From sequence record MN709127.1: DNA of 64,000 bases; one strand, written 5' to 3'. Positions 11,136 to 21,181 of this stretch are shown here, one piece after another. Numbering within the stretch: the stretch's first letter is position 1; every line of letters starts with the position of its first letter. This stretch comes from Escherichia phage Ec_Makalu_002. The translations under genes and the position numbers were made by a program. Under the pieces are notes generated by a model. That model ran no database searches. It had not been told where the DNA came from and saw nothing but the letters and a program-made list of their open reading frames with translations.

Positions 11136-11974
11136 TGGCACGACTTTCCAAACAAGAACAAAAATTACACGATCGGGCAATGGAGCTAATCAATTCAGAC
11201 CGCCCATTGACATATGAAGAAAAGGAGTTTTGCTATAATAACTATCATGGAGATGGTCTAGGTGGTTCCGGTGCATTCTTTACCCCAGAGGGGCTTGCGT
11301 GGGATTTTACCATTGACGCACACTGCACCGGAAAAGTATTAGATTTGTGTGCTGGGATCGGTCGCTTATCTTTCTGTATGTTACATCGATGCAGACCAGA
11401 AAAGATCGTATGCGTCGAACTCAATCCAGAATTTTCGCGGATTGGCAAGCGACTATTACCGGAGGCAGAATGGATCACCAGCGATATATTCGAATTTGAG
11501 TCAAACGAAAAATTCGATGTGGTGATCAGCAATCCACCTTTCGGTAAAATCAATACAACCGACACAAAGGATGTATTTGAATACACAGGCGGCGAATTTG
11601 AATTTAAGGTTATGACGTTAGGCCAGAAGTTTTCCGATGTAGGTTATTTTATTGTTCCTTCTGGTTCCGCTGGGTTTGCGTATTCTGGTAGACCTTATTA
11701 TGATGGATCAGTGAAGTCTAATAAATATCTAAAGTGGAGCAAACAAACTGGTCTTGTGACTTATGCCGGATGTGGGATCGATACATCAATTTATCGCGAT
11801 GAATGGCACTGCACCAACGTTTTAACAGAAGTGGTTGAGGTTCGGTATTACGAGAAAGAAGCCGTAGAAGCGCCTAAATCGCGTCCTAACGAACAAATAG
11901 AAGAAAGTAAGGAGATTACCTTACCAGAACAGGAAAGCGAGTCTGGTACGCTCTCAGACTTGTTTGACATTTAA
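11135..11974 (+). CDS. SAM-dependent amino-methyltransferase, gamma-class-like (probable DNA N6-adenine MTase)
   Basis: Motifs FFTPEG (motif X-like), VLDLCAGIGRL (motif I), VVISNPPFG (motif IV NPPF) in that order. Confidence 0.6.
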   Translation: MARLSKQEQKLHDRAMELINSDRPLTYEEKEFCYNNYHGDGLGGSGAFFTPEGLAWDFTIDAHCTGKVLDLCAGIGRLSFCMLHRCRPEKIVCVELNPEFSRIGKRLLPEAEWITSDIFEFESNEKFDVVISNPPFGKINTTDTKDVFEYTGGEFEFKVMTLGQKFSDVGYFIVPSGSAGFAYSGRPYYDGSVKSNKYLKWSKQTGLVTYAGCGIDTSIYRDEWHCTNVLTEVVEVRYYEKEAVEAPKSRPNEQIEESKEITLPEQESESGTLSDLFDI

Positions 11975-11976
11975 TT

Positions 11977-12005
11977 AAAAGCCGTCCTTGTGGGCGGCTT
12001 TTTTG
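11977..12005 (+). terminator. Rho-independent terminator after methyltransferase gene
   Basis: Hairpin AAGCCG...CGGCTT followed by TTTTT. Confidence 0.6.
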
Positions 12006-12014
12006 TATGTATTT

Positions 12015-12022
12015 TATAAATA
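12015..12022 (+). promoter_or_regulatory. T4-type late promoter TATAAATA upstream of gene 9
   Basis: Exact TATAAATA about 28 nt upstream of ATG 12050. Confidence 0.6.
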
Positions 12023-12049
12023 ATACATCATAACATGAGGAATTAAACA

Positions 12050-12904
12050 ATGGCACAAGTTCCAAAGAAAAGAATAGACACAGGTACTGTCGGCAATCCA
12101 TCGACTGGCGATATCTTATATGATGGCGGTAATAAAATTAACGATAACTTTGATTCAATATATGACGCATTTGCTGATCAGCGGTTTAAAGACGTAGACC
12201 ACGGCGTGGGAAGAATGGTTATTCATGCAACCGGATACTATCAGAAACATCCACGTCAAAGCTACGCTGGTTCCGCTGTTGAGATTGGGAGTCTACACGA
12301 TATCGATACAACTCAAGGCGCACTTATTGCTATTCTACCTAAAGCAAAGGTCGGCGAGGGTGTTGTATTCATAAATAGTAACGGTAGCCTTTCAACGACT
12401 ACACCGCTCAATATTCGAACTCAAGCAGGTGATTCTATTAGCGGGTATTCCGGTGATGCTACAATAACACAACCATTTTCAAAAGTCACTGTTTGGTGTA
12501 CTGCCGTTGAAGGTAGTCGCGTAACGTGGCGATTGGGTATCGAAAGTATGTTTACCGATACAACAACGCCATTGGATAAAACAGTTAACGTAACTGGAGT
12601 AGCAACAAACGTTGCTATTGCCGCAAAAACAGAATACGTTTCCATCAAATTATTAACTACCGCTAGCAATACATCCGGTTCAAAAATGCGTTCAAGTGAA
12701 ACGCTACTGATGATTGATTCTAAAGCCGGAAAAGTTTATGCGACGGAATATGCAGTTTTGCAGAAGACAGAAGATGAACTATACACGGTTCGTTATTTCA
12801 TCGGTTCCGGCGATAAAGTATATGCAGAGTATAAGGCTACTGGCGAAAATATTCGTTTAGCAGTTAAAGCCGTAGACACTATTAAAATCGGGGTTGCTAC
12901 ATGA
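12050..12904 (+). CDS. 9: Baseplate wedge / long tail fiber socket protein gp9
   Basis: 284 aa; synteny and size (T4 gp9 288 aa). Confidence 0.8.
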   Translation: MAQVPKKRIDTGTVGNPSTGDILYDGGNKINDNFDSIYDAFADQRFKDVDHGVGRMVIHATGYYQKHPRQSYAGSAVEIGSLHDIDTTQGALIAILPKAKVGEGVVFINSNGSLSTTTPLNIRTQAGDSISGYSGDATITQPFSKVTVWCTAVEGSRVTWRLGIESMFTDTTTPLDKTVNVTGVATNVAIAAKTEYVSIKLLTTASNTSGSKMRSSETLLMIDSKAGKVYATEYAVLQKTEDELYTVRYFIGSGDKVYAEYKATGENIRLAVKAVDTIKIGVAT

Positions 12905-14703
12905 AACAATTAATTAATATCGGTAACGTTGTTGATGACGGTACAGGTGATTATCTAAGAAAAGGTGGTCAAAAGATTAATGACAACTTTTCTGAACTTT
13001 ATACTAAGCTGGGGGATGGTGATATCCCTCATGCATCCGGCGCGTGGAAAACTCACACACAACCAGTATTAAAACCAAATTTTGGTGATGCATGGGCGAT
13101 TAATACAACGAACAACGCTGTTTCTGTTGAATTGCCTAAAGGAAGCGCGAGTGATTATAATAAAACAATTAAACTTCGTGATGTTTGGCGCTCATGGGCT
13201 GCACATAACGTAACGTTGAAGCCAGCACAAGGTGATACCATTAAGGGATCTCCAATCGACCGTGAGTTGTATAAAGATTTCATGGATGTTGAATTGGTTT
13301 ATTGTGCGCCTGGACGTTGGGAATATGTCGAAAATAAACGAGTAGATACTATCACCACTTCCGATTTAAGCACAGTTGCCAAAGAAGTTTATATTGCAAC
13401 CGAAGGACAAACAGACTTCCCTAATGTTTTTGGTTCCAATACTTACAATATTCGAAATGTTGAAGTGTATTATCGCGGTAACTTGCTTTATTATGGCAAG
13501 GATTTAACCGATGATTCTAACTATGGTTCAATCGGTGAAAACGGTGATATTGTTCCGCTGGACGGTAAAAGCATTAAATTACGCTTCCCTTGTTCGGCTG
13601 GTGATACCATTCAAATCATAACTTATATGGACGGTATCGCATCCTTCCGGTCAAGCTATATTACTCATACAATCCGCGTTTATGAAACAGGAATGACCAC
13701 TTTGGAATCCATCCCCGGTGAAGTTTGGGTTGGTGAACTAGCTAATAAGAAAGAATTTACTAATGCTGAATTAGGTGTAAGTAAGCGAGATCTTATTAAT
13801 CCAAATTCATTTGAATTGCTGATCAACGGCACACAAATGATTAAAGCGGGTGATGCGGATTTACCTTCCTTTATTTGTGAAGGCGCTGACGGTGAAACGG
13901 AAGAAACCTGCGTACTTGCTGGCGGTCAATGGGTGGAATCTGGGGAAGATTATTCATTGATGTTCGACGAAAACAGCGTGGTGACTGGTATTAAATTATC
14001 TAAAGCACTAGATAACCGAGATACTATCACAATTCGCTGGTTTAATAATGATATCGGAACATTAATGGAATGGGACGGTGTAGGCGGTATTAAAGAAAAA
14101 GCAGATAAAATCTATCTTAATAACGAAGATGAAGTTACTCTGACAAATCGAATTGAATATACCGATTTCCAAAATCCAAGCCAAGCAACTAAACGCCCAA
14201 TGGAAGATTATACAGGTCGTGTGATGGATATCTATTCCATATTCGATATTTTCTATCCTATAGGCACAATTTATGAAAATGCGCATAACCCAGCTAACCC
14301 AGCGACCTATATGGGATTTGGTACATGGGTACGTTATGCAGAAAAAGAATTTTTAGTTGGTTGGTCTTCTGACGCAAGCGATCAAAACTTCGCACTAAAC
14401 AACAACGATCTTGATACACATGGTCAACCTACACACACCGCAGGTGGTAACGGTGGTGATGTTGCATACCAGATCAAGAAAAATATGATTCCTGAATTAC
14501 AGAGCGACGTTCGAGTTCTTGTAAAAGATGATAACGGAAATATTATCATTGGTGGTTGTCAGGTAGACCCTGATGCAGTAGGTCCAGCGTTTACCAAATA
14601 TCGAGAAGATAATGTTAAAGTTAATCAGGGAAATACCGACCCATCAATGATTGGTATTCTTCCTCCATACAGAACTGTCTATCGTTGGCTAAGGGTAGGT
14701 TAA
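12901..14703 (+). CDS. 10: Baseplate wedge protein gp10
   Basis: 600 aa; N-terminus shares GD.L.KGGQKINDNF motif with gp9; size matches T4 gp10. Confidence 0.8.
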   Translation: MKQLINIGNVVDDGTGDYLRKGGQKINDNFSELYTKLGDGDIPHASGAWKTHTQPVLKPNFGDAWAINTTNNAVSVELPKGSASDYNKTIKLRDVWRSWAAHNVTLKPAQGDTIKGSPIDRELYKDFMDVELVYCAPGRWEYVENKRVDTITTSDLSTVAKEVYIATEGQTDFPNVFGSNTYNIRNVEVYYRGNLLYYGKDLTDDSNYGSIGENGDIVPLDGKSIKLRFPCSAGDTIQIITYMDGIASFRSSYITHTIRVYETGMTTLESIPGEVWVGELANKKEFTNAELGVSKRDLINPNSFELLINGTQMIKAGDADLPSFICEGADGETEETCVLAGGQWVESGEDYSLMFDENSVVTGIKLSKALDNRDTITIRWFNNDIGTLMEWDGVGGIKEKADKIYLNNEDEVTLTNRIEYTDFQNPSQATKRPMEDYTGRVMDIYSIFDIFYPIGTIYENAHNPANPATYMGFGTWVRYAEKEFLVGWSSDASDQNFALNNNDLDTHGQPTHTAGGNGGDVAYQIKKNMIPELQSDVRVLVKDDNGNIIIGGCQVDPDAVGPAFTKYREDNVKVNQGNTDPSMIGILPPYRTVYRWLRVG

Positions 14704-14704
14704 T

Positions 14705-15349
14705 ATGATTTCGAAAACACGTTCAAAAGCTAGTGTATTTTCCAGCGATGCGGCGTTTATTTCATACGATCCAGGATCGAAAGATCCTGTTATCGGTGGT
14801 TCTCGTCCAATTGGTGGCGTTAATGTCGATCAATCAAGAAAAGGTTCCTATGTAAGCAACGTTCAATCTGCAATTGATGACCTTTATTCATTGTCAATGA
14901 TCCGAATTGGTGATGTGTTGGTTACAACCAACTCAACTCCACCACAAGCCGCAGGACAGATTGAAACTCTGTCATTTTCTGGTTCTGTTAACAATCAGCA
15001 TAATCCAGACGCAAACAAAGTATTAATTGATGTTTTGGGTTATCCATTTATTGTTGATGTTGGTTCTTCCGGCGTTTCTCTATGTGAGAAAGTAACGGAA
15101 AAATTTACCGAACTAATGAATAAAAACATTATGTTCAAAGAAGTAAAAAGAAAAGGAAGTAGCAACGACCAATTAGAAATTCATTATATCGATTCTCTTG
15201 AACACCCACCAACCGATATTAACAAGTACGGAATTACAATCACAGGAAATGTTGATTCCCCTTCCCGTGTTGGTTATGGTTCATGGTCTCGCATGGGTAC
15301 AGAAGAGAAATTTGGAACTACCCTATATTATTTCAAACGTATTGCATAA
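14705..15349 (+). CDS. 11: Baseplate wedge protein gp11
   Basis: 214 aa; synteny and size (T4 gp11 219 aa). Confidence 0.8.
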   Translation: MISKTRSKASVFSSDAAFISYDPGSKDPVIGGSRPIGGVNVDQSRKGSYVSNVQSAIDDLYSLSMIRIGDVLVTTNSTPPQAAGQIETLSFSGSVNNQHNPDANKVLIDVLGYPFIVDVGSSGVSLCEKVTEKFTELMNKNIMFKEVKRKGSSNDQLEIHYIDSLEHPPTDINKYGITITGNVDSPSRVGYGSWSRMGTEEKFGTTLYYFKRIA

Positions 15350-15360
15350 GGTGATGTATA

Positions 15361-16761
15361 ATGTCAAACAATACTATTAACCATGTAAAAGACGATGCTC
15401 AATACGTCAAGTTTAACCCTGTAAATGATTGGCCTCAAAGCATTACCAACGTACAAGCGGCTTTAGCCGCTATTAATGGCTTTGCCGTAAATGGATTACC
15501 GGACGCTACGGAAGATACAGCCGGGATCGCTGCAATCGCAACTCAGGAAGAAGTAAACGACGGGGTAGTAGACAATAAGATCGTGACTCCAAAAACACTG
15601 GCTGTTAAAATGTCACGTCCAGATGCTACAAAAGAAGTAAAAGGCATTACCCGATTTGCCACAATGGAAGAATCGCTGCAAGAGAGCAACGAGAACATGG
15701 CAATCGGTCCAGACACACTAAACCATTACTTCACCACTAAAAAGGCGTCAGAGAGCGTTCAGGGGACTATTAAGATATGTTCTCTTGAGGCGGCAAAGAT
15801 TGGCAGTGATGACACAATGGCAGTAACACCGAAAAAGATGCACACTGCCATTGCACAGATTGTACCGGGATTAATTCCAGATCAAAACACAGCAACCGAA
15901 AGCGCACAGGGTTTAGTTCAGTTAGCAACCAGTGCGCAGGTTTTACAAGGCCAGATTCGAGAAGGTTTTGCAATTAGTCCTTATGCATTTGCAAATGCTC
16001 GCGCCAATGAGAATCAGGCGGGTACTGTTAAGATCGCCAGTCAGTCACAGATGAATGCTGGTTCAGATGATACTGTAGTTGTTTCTGCTAAGAAGTTTGC
16101 AAGCACTAAGGCAACAACGTCTCAATACGGTATTGTTAAACTACGAGACACCGTAGGAAGTGAGGCTAATGCTGCACTATCAGCAAATGCTAAGGTTCTT
16201 CCTAGCACTGGCGGTACGGTAAGCGGAAACGTCTATAAAGGTTCAAACTCAGACGGCAACCAGTTTGTTACTAAAAATGAATTAGCGAATCACGCAATGC
16301 CAATTGGTGGTATTATCCTTTCTGGATTCAATGCCGACCGAGGTGACTTTCTGATCTGTAATGGTCGTTCACTGAATAAAAATCAATATCCGCAATTATT
16401 TTCTGCGATTGGTTATACCTTTGGTGGTTCAGGTGACAATTTTAACATTCCTGATATGCGCGGTTTAGTTGCTCGTGGTTGCGATCATGGAAGAAACCTT
16501 GATCCAGGTCGTCGATTTGGTTCTTATCAAGAAGACGCAATGCAGAGAATTACTGGTAAATTCCCTGTAGCTGACCGCTGGCGCGGTTGGTATGGTGGCG
16601 CATTTACTGCACAGCGCGGTCAATGGAGCACGAACTATAAAAATGGTGGGGGTGATGATTGGGGTTCTACTGTTAACTTTGACTCAGGAAGATCCGTAAG
16701 AACGGCTAACGAGACTCGCGTCAAGAGTCTGGCATTAAACTATATCATAAGGGTGCGCTAA
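15361..16761 (+). CDS. 12: Short tail fiber protein gp12
   Basis: 466 aa; N-terminus (MSNNTI.HV....YVKF) and C-terminal LNYIIRVR resemble T4 gp12 as recalled. Confidence 0.85.
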   Translation: MSNNTINHVKDDAQYVKFNPVNDWPQSITNVQAALAAINGFAVNGLPDATEDTAGIAAIATQEEVNDGVVDNKIVTPKTLAVKMSRPDATKEVKGITRFATMEESLQESNENMAIGPDTLNHYFTTKKASESVQGTIKICSLEAAKIGSDDTMAVTPKKMHTAIAQIVPGLIPDQNTATESAQGLVQLATSAQVLQGQIREGFAISPYAFANARANENQAGTVKIASQSQMNAGSDDTVVVSAKKFASTKATTSQYGIVKLRDTVGSEANAALSANAKVLPSTGGTVSGNVYKGSNSDGNQFVTKNELANHAMPIGGIILSGFNADRGDFLICNGRSLNKNQYPQLFSAIGYTFGGSGDNFNIPDMRGLVARGCDHGRNLDPGRRFGSYQEDAMQRITGKFPVADRWRGWYGGAFTAQRGQWSTNYKNGGGDDWGSTVNFDSGRSVRTANETRVKSLALNYIIRVR

Positions 16762-18530
16762 TGATTGAACAATTAAACATCCACGAGATCCCACACGTTG
16801 ACGGTGTACCAAGCGAAGGACAGCACCGTATTAATTGGATCAAGAATGGCGAATGTTTAAGCGCAGCAACGACACAGACTGGCAATGACGGGACGCTTAA
16901 CCGCGCCCCGGTTGCAATTCAAGAAAACGTTGCACGCGTAAACGAAAACGCAAAATCAACCGTCGCTAAAGTTAACGAGGTTGTAACGGCGGTTAACGAT
17001 ATTAAAACAACTTTAGGGGTAATTTCTGACGGAAGTATCATTGATGTGGTTAACCAGACTGTCGCAAAAGTTGAATCCGTCGAAGAGAACTTAGGAGAAA
17101 CAGCAAGAACTCTGCAAACAACGGTAGACGCTGTATCAGAACTTAACATCAAGATTGGTGATCGCCCCGCTGCCGATCCGAGCACAAGAACAATCTATGA
17201 TGACATTTCTTTCATCAAACAAGAAATGGGTTCTTATCCTAACTTTAATATCAATGGTTCCCCTGATGCTGGCAGTTCCGGTTCTGGCATCAAATACCGA
17301 GTTATTCAGAATACCGCAGCATTAAATGACCACGGTCGCCGAATCGTTCAGCTTGAAAACGACTGGCAAGATTCTGACGTAGGCGAGTTAACAAGACAAG
17401 TTAACAAAATGCGCAGTGAGATCGGCGACACGTCTCTTGCCACACAAGAAAATGTGTATGTTCGTCTCCGCACCAACGCAAGAAACATTGCTAACCTATC
17501 AAACGAAGTTCTAGAAGTCAAGAAAGCAATTTTGTTTGATTCAATCCCTGATATCGGGACTAAAGTCACTACGCTGGGCACTAATTATGAACTTCTAAAC
17601 AATGATGTTAATGGTGTAGATTCCGGTATTCGTCCTCGTCTTCTGGCTGTCGAGAATAAGATCGGAACGCCTCAATCGGCAGGAAGCATTGATTATCGAT
17701 TAACCAACACAGAGCGAGAATTTTTAGATCTTAAACAGGTTGTTGGTGTAAGCGGTGCTGACGGTTTGCGCGGTGAAGTTGTTCGACTTTCCAATGAGAT
17801 TGGCACTGACAGCGATCGACATACTCTAGCCGGACGTATTAAAGTTGTAGAAAACACTCAGGGTCGGTTAGAAGCAAGCGTACAGGACATGGAACAGCTT
17901 GTAGGTGATCGCGAATCAGGTTTGACCGCTGGCGTTATTAAACTATCAAGTGATATCTATGGCGATGATGGTTCAGAAGATCCATTTACTCAGAAAGGCG
18001 TGATTAAAATCGTCAAAGAGCTACAAACATCTAACGGAAACAAAGTAGATGATGTACCTGATGACGGTTTCCATTATCTTCGTAAACGCGGAGAATGGGT
18101 GCAAGTTGCATATGCTGCTGGAGCATTTAAAAATACCGCAGATATTACGGTTGAACTTGACGAACAGGATGTTTATAAACAGATTCCACTTAACGACATG
18201 GCGGCAGAAGTTAATGCTCGTCAAATGGTTAAGAGCGAATCTCTTGTTACGGTTAACGACAAAGGCTTATTCCGTTGTGATTTCCGTTGTTCTGTAAATG
18301 CGGCACATAACGCTACTTTCGTAGTCGGTATTGCTAAAAATGGTCTGATTGTACATGAGGTACGAAATGGTCATTATGGAGCTGATGATTTAATTAGCTA
18401 TTCTACCAGTGCTTTCCTAAATATTGAAAAGGGCGACCGGATCGATATTCGCATTAAGGGCGTATCCGAAGAAGCATTAGCGCAACAGCTACAAATTAAA
18501 GAGTTCCTCTTTGGAATTTCTCCGGTATAA
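16761..18530 (+). CDS. wac: Fibritin (whisker) with foldon-like segment and C-terminal extension
   Basis: 589 aa; N-terminus resembles T4 fibritin; foldon-like DDGFHYLRKRGEWVQV followed by ~140 extra residues. Confidence 0.8.
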   Translation: MIEQLNIHEIPHVDGVPSEGQHRINWIKNGECLSAATTQTGNDGTLNRAPVAIQENVARVNENAKSTVAKVNEVVTAVNDIKTTLGVISDGSIIDVVNQTVAKVESVEENLGETARTLQTTVDAVSELNIKIGDRPAADPSTRTIYDDISFIKQEMGSYPNFNINGSPDAGSSGSGIKYRVIQNTAALNDHGRRIVQLENDWQDSDVGELTRQVNKMRSEIGDTSLATQENVYVRLRTNARNIANLSNEVLEVKKAILFDSIPDIGTKVTTLGTNYELLNNDVNGVDSGIRPRLLAVENKIGTPQSAGSIDYRLTNTEREFLDLKQVVGVSGADGLRGEVVRLSNEIGTDSDRHTLAGRIKVVENTQGRLEASVQDMEQLVGDRESGLTAGVIKLSSDIYGDDGSEDPFTQKGVIKIVKELQTSNGNKVDDVPDDGFHYLRKRGEWVQVAYAAGAFKNTADITVELDEQDVYKQIPLNDMAAEVNARQMVKSESLVTVNDKGLFRCDFRCSVNAAHNATFVVGIAKNGLIVHEVRNGHYGADDLISYSTSAFLNIEKGDRIDIRIKGVSEEALAQQLQIKEFLFGISPV

Positions 18531-18536
18531 GAAATT

Positions 18537-18560
18537 AAAGGGGCGTTAAGCCCCTTTTCC
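18537..18560 (+). terminator. Rho-independent terminator after wac
   Basis: Hairpin AAAGGGGCGTTAAGCCCC followed by TTTT. Confidence 0.6.
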
Positions 18561-18576
18561 GTTTATAGGTGATATT

Positions 18577-19509
18577 ATGTCAGGATATGTAACCAATAAC
18601 CCAAGAGAATTAAAAGACGCTATTCTGCGTCGTTTAGGCGCACCAGTAATTAACGTAGAAGTCACAGAAGACCAGATTTACGATTGTATTCAGAGAGCAC
18701 TAGAACTCTATGGGGAATATCATTTCGATGGTGTGAATAAAGGATATAAAGTATTTCGTGTTAGTGCAGAGCAAGCGCAACATGGGGTATTTGATTTAAG
18801 CGATTCTGGAGTATTTGCAGTAACTAAAATAATTCGAACAAACGTAGGTAGCGCGGCTACGATGGATGGCACTGCCGTTTATCCGTGGTTTACCGACTTT
18901 CTGTTGGGTTTAGCTGGTGTAAATGGCGGTTTAGGATCTGGATGTAGTAAATTTTATGGTCCAAATGCAATGGGCGGTGATCTAGGATATTTCGAACAGC
19001 TTATGAGCTATCGAGCCACTATGCAAAATATGCTTAATCCACTGCCAGACTATTGGTATAATAGCGCAAACGGACAACTTAAGATTACAGGAAACTTCCG
19101 AGAAGGTGATCTCATTGTTGTTGAATTATATGTTAAAAGCTATGTAGACGTTCCTGATATGATCGGCGCGGTTGCTGGTTATGCTCATGCTGGAGGATGT
19201 TCTACCGCTGGCGGGATTAGCGCCGTTTATGATAATCCAACTGCTGGTTTAAGCGGGATTGTTGCTGGCATGGGACCGATCAGTGAGAACAAGCAGGGCG
19301 CATATAATAACCGTTGGGTTAAAGACATGGCAACCGCTTTCACTAAGGAGGTGTGGGGGTCCATCATGGCTAAACATCAAGGTCTGCAATTACCAGGTGG
19401 TGTCACTGTTGATGGTATCCGAATCATTGAAGAAGCACGCGCCGACATTGAGAAATTGCGACAAGAACTACTTGACTTAGATCCACCATTTGGTATACTA
19501 ATGATATAA
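18577..19509 (+). CDS. 13: Neck protein gp13
   Basis: 310 aa; synteny and size (T4 gp13 309 aa). Confidence 0.8.
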   Translation: MSGYVTNNPRELKDAILRRLGAPVINVEVTEDQIYDCIQRALELYGEYHFDGVNKGYKVFRVSAEQAQHGVFDLSDSGVFAVTKIIRTNVGSAATMDGTAVYPWFTDFLLGLAGVNGGLGSGCSKFYGPNAMGGDLGYFEQLMSYRATMQNMLNPLPDYWYNSANGQLKITGNFREGDLIVVELYVKSYVDVPDMIGAVAGYAHAGGCSTAGGISAVYDNPTAGLSGIVAGMGPISENKQGAYNNRWVKDMATAFTKEVWGSIMAKHQGLQLPGGVTVDGIRIIEEARADIEKLRQELLDLDPPFGILMI

Positions 19510-19518
19510 AATAAATAT

Positions 19519-19540
19519 GGGTATATGATAACATATACCC
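19519..19540 (+). other. Perfect 9-bp stem-loop after gene 13
   Basis: GGGTATATG-ATAA-CATATACCC; no T-run. Confidence 0.4.
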
Positions 19541-19562
19541 TATGTAATATCGGAGATACTAA

Positions 19563-20378
19563 ATGGAACATTATGTATACAAAATAACCAACAAAATAAA
19601 CGATAAGATTTATGTCGGTGTTCGGTCTTGTGATGGATTAGCCGAAGACGATACAAAATACATGGGAAGTGGAAAAATAATAAAACAAGCTATTAAACAT
19701 CATGGATTAGAAAATTTCACCAAAGAGATATTGTCAAAATTTGATAGCAGAGAAGATGCGGATAAAGAAGAGTCAAGGATTGTTACGGTTGATTTTGTCA
19801 AGAGAGAAGACACGTATAATATAGCAGAAGGCGGTGGAACTGTTTGTATGTGGAAGGTTTCTGATGAAGCAAAGATAGAAGAAATGAGAAAAAAGATCTC
19901 AGAGAAAAATACTGGAAGAAAACATACTAAAGATACAAGACAAAAGATGTCCGCATCTCAAAAGGGAAGGAAGCATACGGAAGAAACAAAAGAAAAGATG
20001 AGGCAAAATAACTTAGGAAAAGTTATTGCAGAAGAGACAAAAGAAAAGTTAAGGATGATTAATTTAGGAAAAAGACACACAGAAGAAACGCGAAGAAAAA
20101 TGTCTGATTCACATAAGGGTCTATCCTTATCCGATGAGGTGAAGGATAAGATAAGACAAAAACACACAGGACGTGTTTTTACTAAAGAATGGAGAGAAAG
20201 AATTAGCAAATCTAGAATCGGAATAACTAGCACTAGATCAAGAAGAATAAGCATCAACGGAGTGATATACAATAGCATAGGAGAAGCTGTTATAAAATTA
20301 AACGTTAAGAGAGGATTGATTGTCGGAAGACTTAAATCAAATACCGATAAAAACAAAAATTATTTCTTCGTAGATTAA
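19563..20378 (+). CDS. GIY-YIG homing endonuclease (Seg-like) with NUMOD3 repeats
   Basis: N-terminal YVYKITNKINDKIYVG...YMGSG (GIY-YIG-like); repeated HTEETKEKM/RRKMSDSHKG NUMOD3-like repeats. Confidence 0.7.
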   Translation: MEHYVYKITNKINDKIYVGVRSCDGLAEDDTKYMGSGKIIKQAIKHHGLENFTKEILSKFDSREDADKEESRIVTVDFVKREDTYNIAEGGGTVCMWKVSDEAKIEEMRKKISEKNTGRKHTKDTRQKMSASQKGRKHTEETKEKMRQNNLGKVIAEETKEKLRMINLGKRHTEETRRKMSDSHKGLSLSDEVKDKIRQKHTGRVFTKEWRERISKSRIGITSTRSRRISINGVIYNSIGEAVIKLNVKRGLIVGRLKSNTDKNKNYFFVD

Positions 20379-20384
20379 TAAATT

Positions 20385-20400
20385 GGGGGAGTATTCCCCC
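20385..20400 (+). other. Stem-loop between endonuclease gene and gene 14
   Basis: GGGGGAGTATTCCCCC. Confidence 0.35.
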
Positions 20401-20414
20401 ATTTGGAGTAACAT

Positions 20415-21155
20415 ATGTTTAACAACACTCTTTTTGCTCGCCTTGAATCGCAAAAGGATTATGAGAATACACGACAAACAGAGATTCTCAATCCTTATGT
20501 GAACTTTCACAAATATACAAATACTCAGACGTTAGCCGACGTTATGGTCGCCGAAGCTATTCAGATGCGAGGTGTAGAATTATATTACATCCCTCGTGAA
20601 TTTGTCAAACCAGATATGATCTTTGGTGAGGATGTTCAAAGCAAATTTACTAAAGCATGGAAATTTGCGGCTTATATTAACTCATTTGATGGGTATGAAG
20701 GAGCGGGTAATTTCTTCTCTAGTTTCGGGTATCAAGCTAATGATGAATTAACCATAACCATAAATCCAAATTTATTCAAACATCAAGTAGATAACCAAGA
20801 GCCTAAATCCGGTGATTTATTTTACATTCCTATGAGCAATGATTTATTTGAAATCTCATATGTAGAGCCATATCAGCCGTTTTTTCAGGCTGGCAAAAAT
20901 GCCATGCGTAAAATTATTGCAGAGAAATTCGTGTATAGCGGTGAGGAATTGCGACCAGAATTACAACGCAATGAGGGAATTAATGTTGATGAGTTTGCGG
21001 ATCTGGATCTTGCACCGATCACTAATCTGGACGGGTTAACAGATATCAACTTAGATCAGTACAAAGAAGATAAGCAATTCAGAAGCGAAGGACAAGATTT
21101 TATTGACCCATTTGACCCAATTAATGGCACTGGTTCACCTTTTGCTAATTTTTGA
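20415..21155 (+). CDS. 14: Neck protein gp14
   Basis: 246 aa; synteny and size (T4 gp14 256 aa). Confidence 0.8.
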   Translation: MFNNTLFARLESQKDYENTRQTEILNPYVNFHKYTNTQTLADVMVAEAIQMRGVELYYIPREFVKPDMIFGEDVQSKFTKAWKFAAYINSFDGYEGAGNFFSSFGYQANDELTITINPNLFKHQVDNQEPKSGDLFYIPMSNDLFEISYVEPYQPFFQAGKNAMRKIIAEKFVYSGEELRPELQRNEGINVDEFADLDLAPITNLDGLTDINLDQYKEDKQFRSEGQDFIDPFDPINGTGSPFANF

Positions 21156-21181
21156 TAAATACTCATAAACAAGGGGGTCAA

